A stretch of DNA of 64,000 nt. Origin: Macrostomum lignano (taxonomy: Eukaryota). Made by a program: the position numbers and the translations under genes. Positions 1 through 14,257 of the stretch are shown one piece after another (position 1 is the stretch's first letter; every line of letters starts with the position of its first letter). The notes beneath the pieces are model-generated. The model had not been told where the DNA came from, ran no database searches, and worked only from the letters and a program-made list of their open reading frames with translations. The stretch covers positions 62,001 to 126,000 of the forward strand of contig NIVC01000522.1 of the NCBI GenBank assembly GCA_002269645.1. The letters are read 5' to 3'.

Positions 1-336
1 TTCGGAAAATTAGTCCAATAATCCTAGGTTGTAAAAGCTAACAGAGGACTGACTTAAGCACCAGACTGGCTCAATGAATAGCACTAAATTTATACTTTAG
101 TAGAAGAGAAAAACTTGAATTTAAGCTGCAGAGTCGAACTTAAAAGCGGTATAAAAATGCTTTGTAGCTGTTCACCGATACATTTATTAAGTACCTTTAA
201 AAAGTAATATTATTTTGATGATCGCCCGGTCAAAGGTCAAACAAGGTCACCCGCAGAACTTTCTCTAACTGATATTCTCGAATTATCTACTTATCATCAT
301 TAGTTATATATCGAAAAGGTAAGATTATTGAAGCTA

Positions 337-560
337 CTGAGGACCTGGGAGGCTGGCCCAGCAACTGAGGATCTGGGAGGCTGGCACAGCAACTGACACT
401 CTGGGAGGCTGGCCCAGCAACTGAGGATCTGGGAGGCTGGCCCAGCAACTGAGGATTTGGGAGGCTGGCCCAGCAACTGAGGATTTGGGAGGCTGGCCCA
501 GCAACTGAGGATCTGGGAGGCTGGCCCAGCAACTGAGGATCTGGGAGGCTGGCCCAGCAA
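337..560. repeat. 28-bp minisatellite (GAGGATCTGGGAGGCTGGCCCAGCAACT)
   Basis: About 8 tandem units just downstream of the separase stop. Confidence 0.9.
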
Positions 561-653
561 CAAAGGATTTCTGCTTCTGAAAATTGAATAAATATCTCCG
601 CAACAGGTAACGTGCAACCCCAACAGATAATAACGCCTCACACAGGTAATTAG

Positions 654-1205
654 TTAGTTGCCAGGGAAGCTGGGCAGGCCAAACAGCACCGGAGCCGCTC
701 CGATGAGGCAGCGCAGCTTGCAGGCAGCTCTGGCCTCGTTGATCAGCTTCGGCAGCTCGCTGCCGCCGTCTTCAACGCCGCGCCAGACGCTCAGCAACCG
801 ATTAAAGAACCTGTCAATATCCTTGTCGGTGACGTCCCACAGCACTGCCAGCACGGCCGGGCAGCCGCCCATGATGTAGCTGTGCACCGTGCCGATCGGC
901 TCGAACCGGCCCTCCTGGTGCAGCCGGCCCGAGGAGCAGCCAATCAGAAACGCGGCGGCCCTGACGCTGGACTGCTGCACAGACTGGTTGGACAGGTACT
1001 TGGACCCGGAGCCGTGGCCGCAGTAAACGTACAGGTCGCGCTGTTTTAGAGCGGCCAGAAGCTCGGACTCTTCCGGGGGCCGGGAGGCGACGCCGTCCCA
1101 GCCAAGGTCGGCGAAGATTGGAGCGAAGGTGGCCTCGGTGGCTGGCAGGCTGCGGTCCGGGTTCAGCACGTAGTAGGAGCGCTGCAGAGAGAGCTGGCTG
1201 CGCAC
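654..1205 (-). CDS. ESPL1: Separase, last exon (peptidase C50 catalytic domain)
   Basis: Contains LYVYCGHGSG (catalytic His), LIGCSSG (catalytic Cys) and LWDVTDKDID, the hallmark separase motifs. AG acceptor at 1207-1206 (phase 0); TAA at 656-654. Confidence 0.96.
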   Translation of the reverse strand: MRSQLSLQRSYYVLNPDRSLPATEATFAPIFADLGWDGVASRPPEESELLAALKQRDLYVYCGHGSGSKYLSNQSVQQSSVRAAAFLIGCSSGRLHQEGRFEPIGTVHSYIMGGCPAVLAVLWDVTDKDIDRFFNRLLSVWRGVEDGGSELPKLINEARAACKLRCLIGAAPVLFGLPSFPGN

Positions 1206-1333
1206 CTGACAGGTAGGGGTTCTTGTTATACTGTTTCAGACTATAGGCTTTGTTTGGGCTTGGGGATGAGGATCTGGAGGGATCTGTGAAGCATCAGGGG
1301 AGTTGGGGATCTGGGGAGTTGAGGATCTGGGTT

Positions 1334-1570
1334 GGGGAACTTGGGAGTTAGGGATCTGTGACGGACCTGGAGACTTGGGAAGGACCCGGGGATCCGTGTT
1401 GGGGAACTTGGGAGTTAGGGATCTGTGACGGACCTGGAGATTTGGGAAGGACCCGGGGATCTGTGTTGGGGAACTTGGGAGTTAGGGATCTGTGACGGAC
1501 CTGGAGATTTGGGAGGGACCCGGGGATCCGTGTTGGGGAACTTGGGAGTTAGGGATCTGTGACGGACCTG
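1334..1570. repeat. 67-bp tandem repeat in separase intron 5
   Basis: GGGGAACTTGGGAGTTAGGGATCTGTGACGGACC recurs every 67 nt. Confidence 0.85.
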
Positions 1571-1645
1571 GAAAACCGGAAAGGATCTGTGAATGTGGAT
1601 CCGAGAGGGATCTAAGAAAATCAACAGCGCCAGAGCAGTGCTCAC

Positions 1646-2057
1646 CTGGGCCACAGAGCCCACCAGAGCAGACAGGCTGGGCATGCGGGAGAACCTCAGC
1701 GTGCCCGACAGCGCCGCCTCCCAGGGGAACTCGTGCAGCCGACGGTCCAGCAGCAGCACAGCCTCGCCTGCCGAGTCCAGGTCCAGCAGTTTGGCAGCCG
1801 GACTGGACAGCCAGCGGCGTCGCAGACTGCGCGCCAGCTCGGATGCGCTCTCGTCCAGCCGGTAGCGCCGGCGCCACCAAGCCTGAGGCTGGTCGCTAGT
1901 CCGCATGCTAGCTGAGTTCAGGCGCATCAGCGACTGCCATTCGTCGAGAAAGTCCAAGCCAAGGCCGCGGAGGCTGCAGATGGCGGGCTGGTCGGCGCCG
2001 GGAGTCAGGCGGAGCACCAGCAGGAACGGCTCCACGCCGGGCACCGAGTCCACGTAG
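1646..2057 (-). CDS. ESPL1: Separase exon 5 (pseudo-protease/protease boundary)
   Basis: WWRRRYRLD and LLLLDRRLHEFPWE...FSRMPSL are separase-type motifs. tgcag acceptor (phase 2) and GT donor (phase 0) match the neighbouring exons. Confidence 0.9.
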
Positions 2058-2084
2058 CTGCAGTTGTTTGAGAGATCGTGGCAG

Positions 2085-2520
2085 ATTCTCAGGTAGATTA
2101 GGGTAGATTCTCGGGTAGATTAGGGTAGATTCTCGGATAGGTTCTCGAGTAGGTTAAGGTAGATTCTCGGGTAGATTTGGGTAGCTTCTCGGGTAGATTA
2201 GGGTAGATTATCGGGTAGATTGAGGTTGATTCTTGGGTAGATAAGAGTAGATTCTGAGGTAAATTAGAGTAGATTCTCGGGTATATTTTCGGGTAGATTA
2301 AGGTAGATTCTTGGGTAGATAAGAGTAGATTCTGAGGTAAATTAGAGTAGATTCTCGGGTAGATTCTCAGGTAGATTAGGGTAGATTTTCAGGTAGATTA
2401 GGGTAGATTCTCAGGTAAATTAAGGTAGATTCTCGAGTAGATTAAGGTAGATTCTGGGGTAGATTAAGGTAGATACGCAGGTAGATCAGGGTAGATTCTC
2501 AGGTAAATCAAGGTGGATTG
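2085..2520. repeat. Degenerate (GGGTAGATT/CTC) minisatellite in separase intron 4
   Basis: GTAGATT core repeated throughout the intron. Confidence 0.85.
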
Positions 2521-2548
2521 ACGGGTACACCAGAGCAGAATTCCATAC

Positions 2549-3783
2549 CTGATCTGCAGCACGCTCCAGCTAGCAGGCAGATAGTCCAGAGCAGCCCGCA
2601 GGCCAGCAGGCCCGCTATCGCAAGCCAGCACCCGGCGCAGTATTTGATCTGCCGAGCGCATTCTCAGGTTGGCCCTGTCCAAATGCCCGGCAGACACGTG
2701 CAGACACCGGCACAGGTAGTGAGCGGCTTCCCACAACCTGCCGCAGTGCAAGCTGGTCACGGCAAGCTGCTGGCACAGCGGACGGAACAGGCGTGGCGGC
2801 GGCAGCCACCTGAGAAGCTTGTAGGCGGACTCCAAGCGATCAATAGCGGCTGCTACGGCAGCTTCGTCCACCGGCTCGGCTTCGCCGGAGCTGCTTGGAT
2901 CCGGAACCCGATGATGATGCTTCCCAGCTGCCGCCGTGTCCTCTAGGCGGCGCAGAATATTCTGGGGCACAAAGTCGGCTTGGGGAGCGGATTCGATTGA
3001 CGACGACACAGCGGCGACGGTGGCGGAGGCGGCAGCAGCCGCAGCTCGTCGCGTCCTGGGAGGCGCCGCTGGAGCCGCTGGTGCCGCCGACGCGGCGGCC
3101 GGATTAATCCGCTTCTGCCGCAGCATGAACATCTTGTTAATCCGACCGATAGCTCGGCGATCTTCGTCGACAACAGCGGCGGCGGGTTTGGAAAACGACG
3201 TGCTGTCAGCGGCGGCGCCGCGCTTCTTCGGCGGCGCTGGCGGCGGCGGCATCGCAGCGGCCGACGGTGACCGACGATCGGCGGACTCGTCGCGAACCGA
3301 CTGCTGAATATCTAGACCTTCGAAGCCGACTTCCAGACTGCTGCGACTTGCCGAGCTGAATGCAATCGGCAGCAGAGAGGCGAATAACCCGTCGGTTTCA
3401 ACGCCTTTGACAGTTGAGTTCTCCTGCTCAGCGTGGCGCCAACCTGCCCGACTCGCCTCCATAGCGGAACTGAGCCAGGCAAACTCGCGGGCCGCTTCGC
3501 CAAGCAGATCCCAGCCAGCAGCATCACTGTCCGACACTGTCGAAGGCTTCATAGCACTCGGCGATCTCTCCAAATCTTGGTCACTGCCGCCGCTACTGCT
3601 GTCTTTGTCTTCGCTAGAGAGTCGCCCAGCAACCAAGAATCCAGCATCAGCATCTTCATCATCATCTGCATCATCGGTTTGACGAGTTTGAGCACAGTTC
3701 TCAGTAGCCTGGTTGCCAGGGCTGCTTGAGTTTAGCCGTTGGAATTGCTGTCGAATTCGACTGTGACTTCGAATGAACTCCAC
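2549..3783 (-). CDS. ESPL1: Separase exon 4 (large, mostly low-complexity insert followed by helical region)
   Basis: Open frame of 1235 nt between a cccccag acceptor (phase 0) and an AG|GTATGG donor (phase 2), matching exon 5. Confidence 0.85.
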
Positions 3784-3869
3784 CTGGGGGAGACGAATAC
3801 CGTTTGAAAGATGTCCGACACATTCAAAGAAAATTCAAACGGTCGATGAGTAGCTGACAGGTTCTCAGA

Positions 3870-4760
3870 GAGTCAAAGGTTGCTGACACATTTCCAGAAA
3901 GAGTCAAATCTTGCTGACATTCTTAGACACAGTCAAATCTTGCTGACACATTCATAGAAAAAATCAAATCTTGCTGACACATTCATAGAAAGAGTCAAAT
4001 CTTGCTGACACATTCATAGAAAGAGTCAAATCTTGCTGACACATTCATAAAAAGAGTCAAATCTTGCTGACACATTCATAGAAAGAGTCAAATCTTGCTG
4101 ACACATTCCTAGAAAGAGTCAAAGGTTGCTGACACATTCCTAGAAAGAGTCAAAGGTTGCTGACACATCCATAGAAAGAGTCAAACCTTGCTGACAAATT
4201 CCTAAAAACAGTCAAATCTTGTTGACGCATTCCTAGAAAGAGTCAAATCTTGCTGACACACTCATATAAAGAGTCAAATCTTGCTGACACATTCCTAGAT
4301 AGAGTCAAAGGTTGCTGACACATTCCTAGAAAGAGTCAAATCTTGTTGACACATTCCTAGAAAGAGTCAAAGGTTGCTGACACATTCCTAGAAAGAGTCA
4401 AAGGTTGCTGACACATTCCTAGAAAGAGTCAAAGGTTGCTGACACATTCCTAGAAAGAGTCAAAGGTTGCTGACACATTCCTAGAAAGAGTCAAAGTTTG
4501 CTGACACATTCATAGAAAGAGTCAAAGGTTGCTGACACATTCCTAGAAAGAGTCAAATCTTGTTGACACATTCCTAGAAAGAGTCAAAGGTTGCTGACAC
4601 ATTCATAGAAAGAGTCAAAGGTTGCTGACACATTCCTAGAAAGAGTCAAATCTTGCTGATACATTCCTAGAAAGAGTCAAAGGTTGCTGACACATTCATA
4701 GAAAGAGTCAAATCTTGCTGACACATTCCTAGAAAGAGTCAAAGGTTGCTGACACAGTCA
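3870..4760. repeat. 31-bp minisatellite (TGCTGACACATTCCTAGAAAGAGTCAAAGGT)
   Basis: Fills most of separase intron 3. Confidence 0.92.
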
Positions 4761-4812
4761 ACAGAATAAACATTGCTTAATCAGGACTCAACAGAACTCA
4801 GCCAGTCCTCAC

Positions 4813-5256
4813 CTGCATCAGTCGAACCCTAGCCCCAGGCTGATTGTCGCACTCGGCATCCAGGTGAGCGTACAACAGCAGACACCGAGCCACCATGCTT
4901 GGCAGGCACAGCGACTGAGCCGCCAGCATGCACTCGCGCAGGTATGCGCAGCTCTCCCGCACCGCGCCAGCGTAGGTGAACAGCCAGGCCAGCTGGTGGC
5001 GGCACAGCAGCAGCAGGTGCACGCTGAGCCAGGCGTCCCTAGCGAATGGATCGGCCGACTTCACCGGCAACTGGCATGGCGTCTTCTCGCGGAAATGGTG
5101 CAGCACCAGGGAGACGGTCAGCTTGCGCAAGTACAGCAGCTGCTCCATCGGGTCGGCTCCGCCTGGGTCGCCGACAGCAGTGTCAGCGGGATCTTCGCCC
5201 CACACGGCGACCTCGTCGCCATCTAGTTCGGGGCCGGCGAGAAGGCGGCAGCGAAC
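4813..5256 (-). CDS. ESPL1: Separase exon 3 (helical/TPR-like region)
   Basis: GC-rich open frame (VRCRLLAGPELDG...ARVRLMQ) with ctag acceptor and CAG|GTGAGG donor, phase 0/0. Confidence 0.8.
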
Positions 5257-5299
5257 CTAGTAGAGGTGGAAGCAACCCACTTTTGAATATCTCTGACTA

Positions 5300-5770
5300 G
5301 CCACCCACCCCACGTCCCCACTCCGCCAAGACACCCACCCCACTCCCACTCCGCCAAGACACCCACCCCACTCCGCATAGACACCCTCCCCAATCCGCCT
5401 AGACACCCACCTCACTCCGCATAGACACCCACCCCACTCCCATAAGACACCCACCCCACTCCGCCAAGACACCCACCCCACTCCGCCAAGACACCTACCC
5501 CACTCCGCCTAGACACCCACCCCACTCCGCCTAGATACCCCCTCACTCCGCCTAGACACCCACCCCACTCCGCCTAGATACCCCTCACTCCGCCTAGACA
5601 CCCACCTCACTCCTCATAAACACCCACCCCACTCCGCCTAGACACCCACCCCACTCCACCTAGACACCCTCCCCACTCCGCCTAGACACCCACCCCACTC
5701 CGCCTAGACACCCACCCCACTCCGCCTAGACACCCACCCCACTCCGCCTAGACACCCACCCCACTCCACC
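5300..5770. repeat. 22-bp C-rich minisatellite (CCACTCCGCCTAGACACCCACC)
   Basis: Fills separase intron 2 up to the donor site. Confidence 0.9.
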
Positions 5771-5773
5771 TAC

Positions 5774-6344
5774 CTGCCAGAGCAGCAGCATGGCCCTGGC
5801 CAGCATGAGATCCCTAGTTTTGCCAGCAAAATCGTCTCGATGCCGGCGCACAATCAGCCGCAGCCGAGCGCAGGCGTCGGCAAAGCGTTTAGGCGTTCCA
5901 CCCTCGACGCTGGCGGTGCAAATCGCTTCGGCTAGATCTGCCAATATCAGCTCCTCTGGGTACCACGTGTTCGACGAGGCCGAAGTTTTACCGCTAACAG
6001 CATCGTCGGTTTGAGTTGACGGCTCGTAGGCGCCAACGCCTGGCGCACATTGCGCACGAAATGGTTCTAAACTGGCGCGCAGAGTAGCTAATTCGTCGAT
6101 ACGACCGCGCCAAGCTAGGTGCAACAGGTGCCGACAGTTCACCAGCCAGAAGTCTCGACCGCGGCGGGTTCTGCAAGCGTAGCTGGCGTGCAGGCTGTAC
6201 AGTCGCCTGGTCAAGTCGTCGGCTTCGTGCAATTCGGCCAGAGCTTCTAGCAGACTGAGACGGTCAAGAACGGCTCGAGGCGGTGGCAGCTGTGACGGTT
6301 GAGCCTGCTGATACTGCTGCCTGCAGTAGGATTTGGATGGCAGA
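5774..6344 (-). CDS. ESPL1: Separase exon 2
   Basis: GC-rich open frame ending WQ|GTAGGT (phase 0). Phase-2 acceptor at 6344, with an alternative in-frame acceptor at 6320. Confidence 0.75.
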
Positions 6345-6365
6345 CTGCGAGCGATTCTCACAGGG

Positions 6366-9563
<3,198 letters not shown>

Positions 9564-9778
9564 TGGGCGAATCTCAGTGTCTATGGGCGAATCTCACAGT
9601 CTCTATGGCTATTGGGCGATTCTCAGGTTGTCTATGATTGATTCTCACGGTGTATCTATGGGCGATTTTCACGGTGTCTATGGAAGAATCTCACAGTGTC
9701 TATGGGCGATTTTTCTAAAAAAAGTTTATTGAGAGATATTAAAGGCTCAATGCTTTATGCACTCATATTCTCTTTTAC

Positions 9779-10176
9779 CTTTTCTTTAAGTCCCCAGCTG
9801 AGCAGTCACCGGGAGCTGCGATGGCAGCCTCCAACTGGCTGGCGGAGTCTTCCAGATGGCACAGAAATTGCCGACACTCAAACTGAGTAGGCAATGTGTC
9901 GTAGCTATTCGGAGGCGAGCGCTTCGCGCACCCGCCAGCTGTCAGACCCGAATCTGACGAACTCTCCCCTTTCGACTGCTTTGGCAAAGTTTTCTTAGTA
10001 GCGCTGGCTGACGAGCTGACAGAGGCGTTAGCGGCCGCAGGTTGTGGCGTTTTGCCGCAACGCCAATCGGAGACTTCCTTATCAACAGCGGCTGTCATTG
10101 TCTGACGATGGAGCTGCACCCAATCGAAGTACATCTGCAGACTTTCCTGCCCAGGTAATTCAACTGGCGCTGGCAT
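9779..10176 (-). CDS. ESPL1: Probable separase exon 1
   Basis: ATG at 10176, GC-rich ORF, AG|GTAAAA donor in phase 2 that matches exon 2. The six exons sum to 3612 nt (1203 aa plus stop). Supported by phase and composition only, not by a recognisable motif. Confidence 0.6.
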
Positions 10177-13100
10177 TGGTATTTTGCTAAGCTTGACTTT
10201 TTATTATATTGTCTGTTTAAATCAGGGCATAAAAAATTTACTATGCATGAATAGATTTTAACTTTATTGAGTTTTATGAAGTTTAATCTTTTTTGTGCAT
10301 TTGATGCAGGGGTTACTCAGTGACCCCTGCATCAGGGGTTACCAAGTTTTCACAGTGCTAACTTCTCTCTATTAAAATCTCTCTGTTAAGTCTCCAAGAT
10401 TTTACTAATAGTTCTTATAATACTTGTACTTTTACAGATGTTGTACTTCTGATAGTGTATATATCCACTGGTAGCACATGTATTTATCTACTGGTAGTAT
10501 ATGTATATGTACCATACTTTTCACCTGAGCAGTCTAATGTCTGTCTAACCTATTTCTATATTCTAAGATTTTTTTATTCTCTCAGTCCTTGGTGTTCCTA
10601 GGATCAGAGGGTCACAGCTTACTTGTTGGGTATTCTGCCCTGAGGCAGGTTTCTTAGACTCTGAGTCTGGATTACTTTACCCTGTGGTAGGATTACTGCC
10701 TTCTAAAGGCGATTTCTCAGATTCTAAACCTGGATATCTCATTCTCTAAGAATGGATTGAATTCTCCCAATCTTGGGGCTTTTGATGCTTCTAAATAAGT
10801 AAGTTAGTAAGTATTGCTCAAGCTTCAATTTAAGATACTGGAACAAATTGTAAGCAAATAGCAAGTTGCCTTTTCTTTTGCTGACAGCTTGTATATTTAT
10901 ACCCCTTTTCAGTATGGTTTAAAACAAATAATATTTTATAATATTCATTTTATTCACAATATTTCTAATATTATACACATTAAATCAAAGTAGCCTAATT
11001 TCAAATGCAATACTTTCTAGGAAAACGTTCTATTCTAAAGAATAAAGCCTATTTCATTAATTATATACAATATATAAATCAAACCATTAACTTTTTATCT
11101 TATAAGATCTTTGAATCTTTTGGCTTTGTCTAACTTTTAAATTTGTGCACTTTTAAGCATTTAATTTATTACTATTAATTTATTGAGATTTTCTTTACTT
11201 TACTTTAAGATGTTTATTCTAATAAATAAAGATTGAATTCTGTTTAAGCCTGATAGCAGGGAGCATAAATATGCTTACTTGCCACGTTTGCCATTGAAAA
11301 ATTGTGGTCAATTTTACTTAAACAAAGTGTTACTACTGATTGCAAGCAAGTAAAAATGTATAGCATCATTATCTTGAAGTGCTACCTAGAATGCTTACTA
11401 GCGACTACCAAGGATACTAGCATAAACTATCTCCCTTTTGATTCTGGCAAACCATGAAAGTAAAGATTTTTTATACTGATGAATTTCAATCACTTTCAAA
11501 TGTTAGAAGGCCTTTTTTATTCTTTATTTGTACACAAAAATCTAACTTTCTATGCCATTTTAAATCTGGGTTTCTAAGAAAAACATTTTGTTTTAATACA
11601 TATTTTCTAAAATATTTTGTACTCATTTTTGTTTTACGCAACTAAAGTTTAATATAAATAAATTAATATTTTTTAAAGAGGAGACCAACCTTGTCCACTG
11701 GGGTTCTAAATATAAGGAAGTTAATAATTGAAAAGTTTTTAGAATAAAGGAAGTGTTTCACCAATCTAATTCATTTTGATAGAGTGAAGTAAAATGGATC
11801 ATATATGGTATATACTATTGAGAGGTAGAATATTAAAAGGAAAATAAAATAAAAAATAGATCTATAAATATATATAGAAAGCAAAGATTAAGAAGGAAAT
11901 ATATACAGAATACATATCAATAGAAATATCAGTAGAGATAAATACTATATTGCTTAGCCTAGATTTGTTTATAATGCTACTAGAATAATAATAAGAATGC
12001 TACCAAAATCAAGAATAAATGAATATTATTTACAAGTATTCATTTTGATAATGACAACTGCAATCCCAACAACTACAACTTTGGCATCTACTTGTATTTT
12101 ATAAGTATAAAGTATATATACTTAGATAATTAATAAGACATACACTTAGATATATAGGCCTACTTAGACATACTTAGACATATAATTAAACAAATATTCA
12201 GATATGTACTAAGATTTTTTTAAATAATAAATTTATAGAATAGGAATTAGCACTAGGGAAACTTTGGTGAAATCAGTAGGATTATCATTAAGAATAGAAC
12301 TATAGCCCTTTTGACAACTTTAATGGTAGTTTAGCCAGATTTAAAAAGAGAAACAAGGCCATAACATAGCTTGGTAGCTTACAGTGTGACCACACTGGAT
12401 CATGTAGTATATGCCTAAAAAATTGGCTTTGCATATACATACCAAAAAGCATGTGTATATCATTCCTAGGAAAAGTGTGCGACATGCATGTACATCCAGC
12501 ATACACTTTATAGAATCACATTGAAGAGCTAGTATTAATTTAAAAAGGATAAAAAAGTTCATATTTGAGCGTAAATTTCAAGCTTTCTAGGTTTTTAAAG
12601 CTTGTAATAAGGCATTTACATAATTTTATGCATATCAATTTTTTGTTATAAAAAGTATTGCTAAAAAATAAATCAAATTATCTGCCAAAAAAGGTTTTTT
12701 TACACAATTCAAAAAAGATCATTTGTTGTTGCAATGTAAAAAGGTCATTTATTGTTGCAACACCAATGTAGTTTTGGGAATAGACATGCATACAATTTTT
12801 TGGTGTGCATTTGTAATTATTCACTTTTTGTTAAGTATGCACTTAGCATGATCTCAATTATGGCAATGGGATCTAATAAACTAAATATATCCCTAGTCTA
12901 TAAATACTTAGGGAAAGTTTAGAAGAGTAATAAAAAATTTTCTTATATTCTAATCTAGATTACACTTAGATATAAATATAGGAAAATTTTATTTAAAGCT
13001 AAAATCTAGGCCTAGTTACCTAAATACTATTACTATACCATTTATCTACTTATTTTGCTACTATTTTTTAAATTAAATTACTTCTTGTCAAATAAAGTTA

Positions 13101-13473
13101 ATAGTATAAGACCTAACCATGTCTTTTATTTAGTTGGTTTTGCCCAGTAGTCACTGCCTATTAGCATTATTATTGAGACGGTGAGACCCAAATAGGCCTA
13201 ACATTTTTCAACATGCTTGATTTATCATTTATTTATAATAGGCCTAGGCTTTAGGCATAGTCACAAAAACAAAAATAGAAAAAATATACTATATATAAAG
13301 TGAAAAGCTGCATATCAGGCAGGCTAAATACAAATAGTTAAATTGTTAGTAGGGCTCCTAGAATAAATCTGATAGGCCTAGCCTTGGATGCTTGCTGAAT
13401 AACAAACTTGGCCAAATTAGTTAACCCTTAGGCTTGGCTTGCTTGGCCAACACTCAACAGGATCAGCATCAAT

Positions 13474-14257
13474 GGCTCATTCCATATAAGCATGGTCGTA
13501 ACATGACAGGTTATTTTTACTTATAAAATGAAATCTAATAATAGAATATACTAAACCAATATTTTAAATGAAAGATTATTTTGTCTAGAATATATTTATA
13601 GAGTTTCATATAGATATCATCATTAGTATAGATGCTATTAAACCTTAAATGACACTTATGGTCGTAATGACAGGATTTTTGACATATAGAAACTAAAAGG
13701 TAAAAGTCTTATAACATTTTTCATTTTTGATATTTTGCAATACATTTTTAAAATTTGACTAAGAACATCTTTAGAAATCATACTCTTTTATTAGAATATA
13801 TAAACTCAAAATGCAACAAAGATACAAAAGAAAAGGCAGCCTTATGGTCGTAACATTATGGTTGTAACATATTTTTTTCTGTCAATTCAGTAACTTTGAG
13901 GTACTAATACATTAAAAATATAATAGATTATTTGGTCACCAATGCTTTTATCTGATGATGCAAGTACTATACTTTTATCTATAGTTTGTTTCAACCTTCA
14001 AAAGCTTTCTATTTGTTTTTAAAAGGTACAAAATCTTAATGATGTCTTTTGCTTTGAAAAATGTCCAAATTTTTACAAAAATGACTTTTTGCCAATTGAT
14101 AACATACTAATCCAACATTTTACCATTCCTTTATTCTTAGATTGTATATTGCACAATATAAACATTTGGTAAAAAAATAGGCTAATTAGGCAATGGCAAG
14201 CAAAAATATTGACTTTTTTCTATTTTCCAAATATGTCCATCTTATATGGAATGAGCC
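13474..14257. mobile_element. Non-autonomous DNA transposon (MITE), 784 bp
   Basis: Perfect 17-bp TIRs GGCTCATTCCATATAAG / CTTATATGGAATGAGCC, flanked by CAAT on both sides (4-bp TSD). AT-rich interior without an ORF. Superfamily not assigned. Confidence 0.75.
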
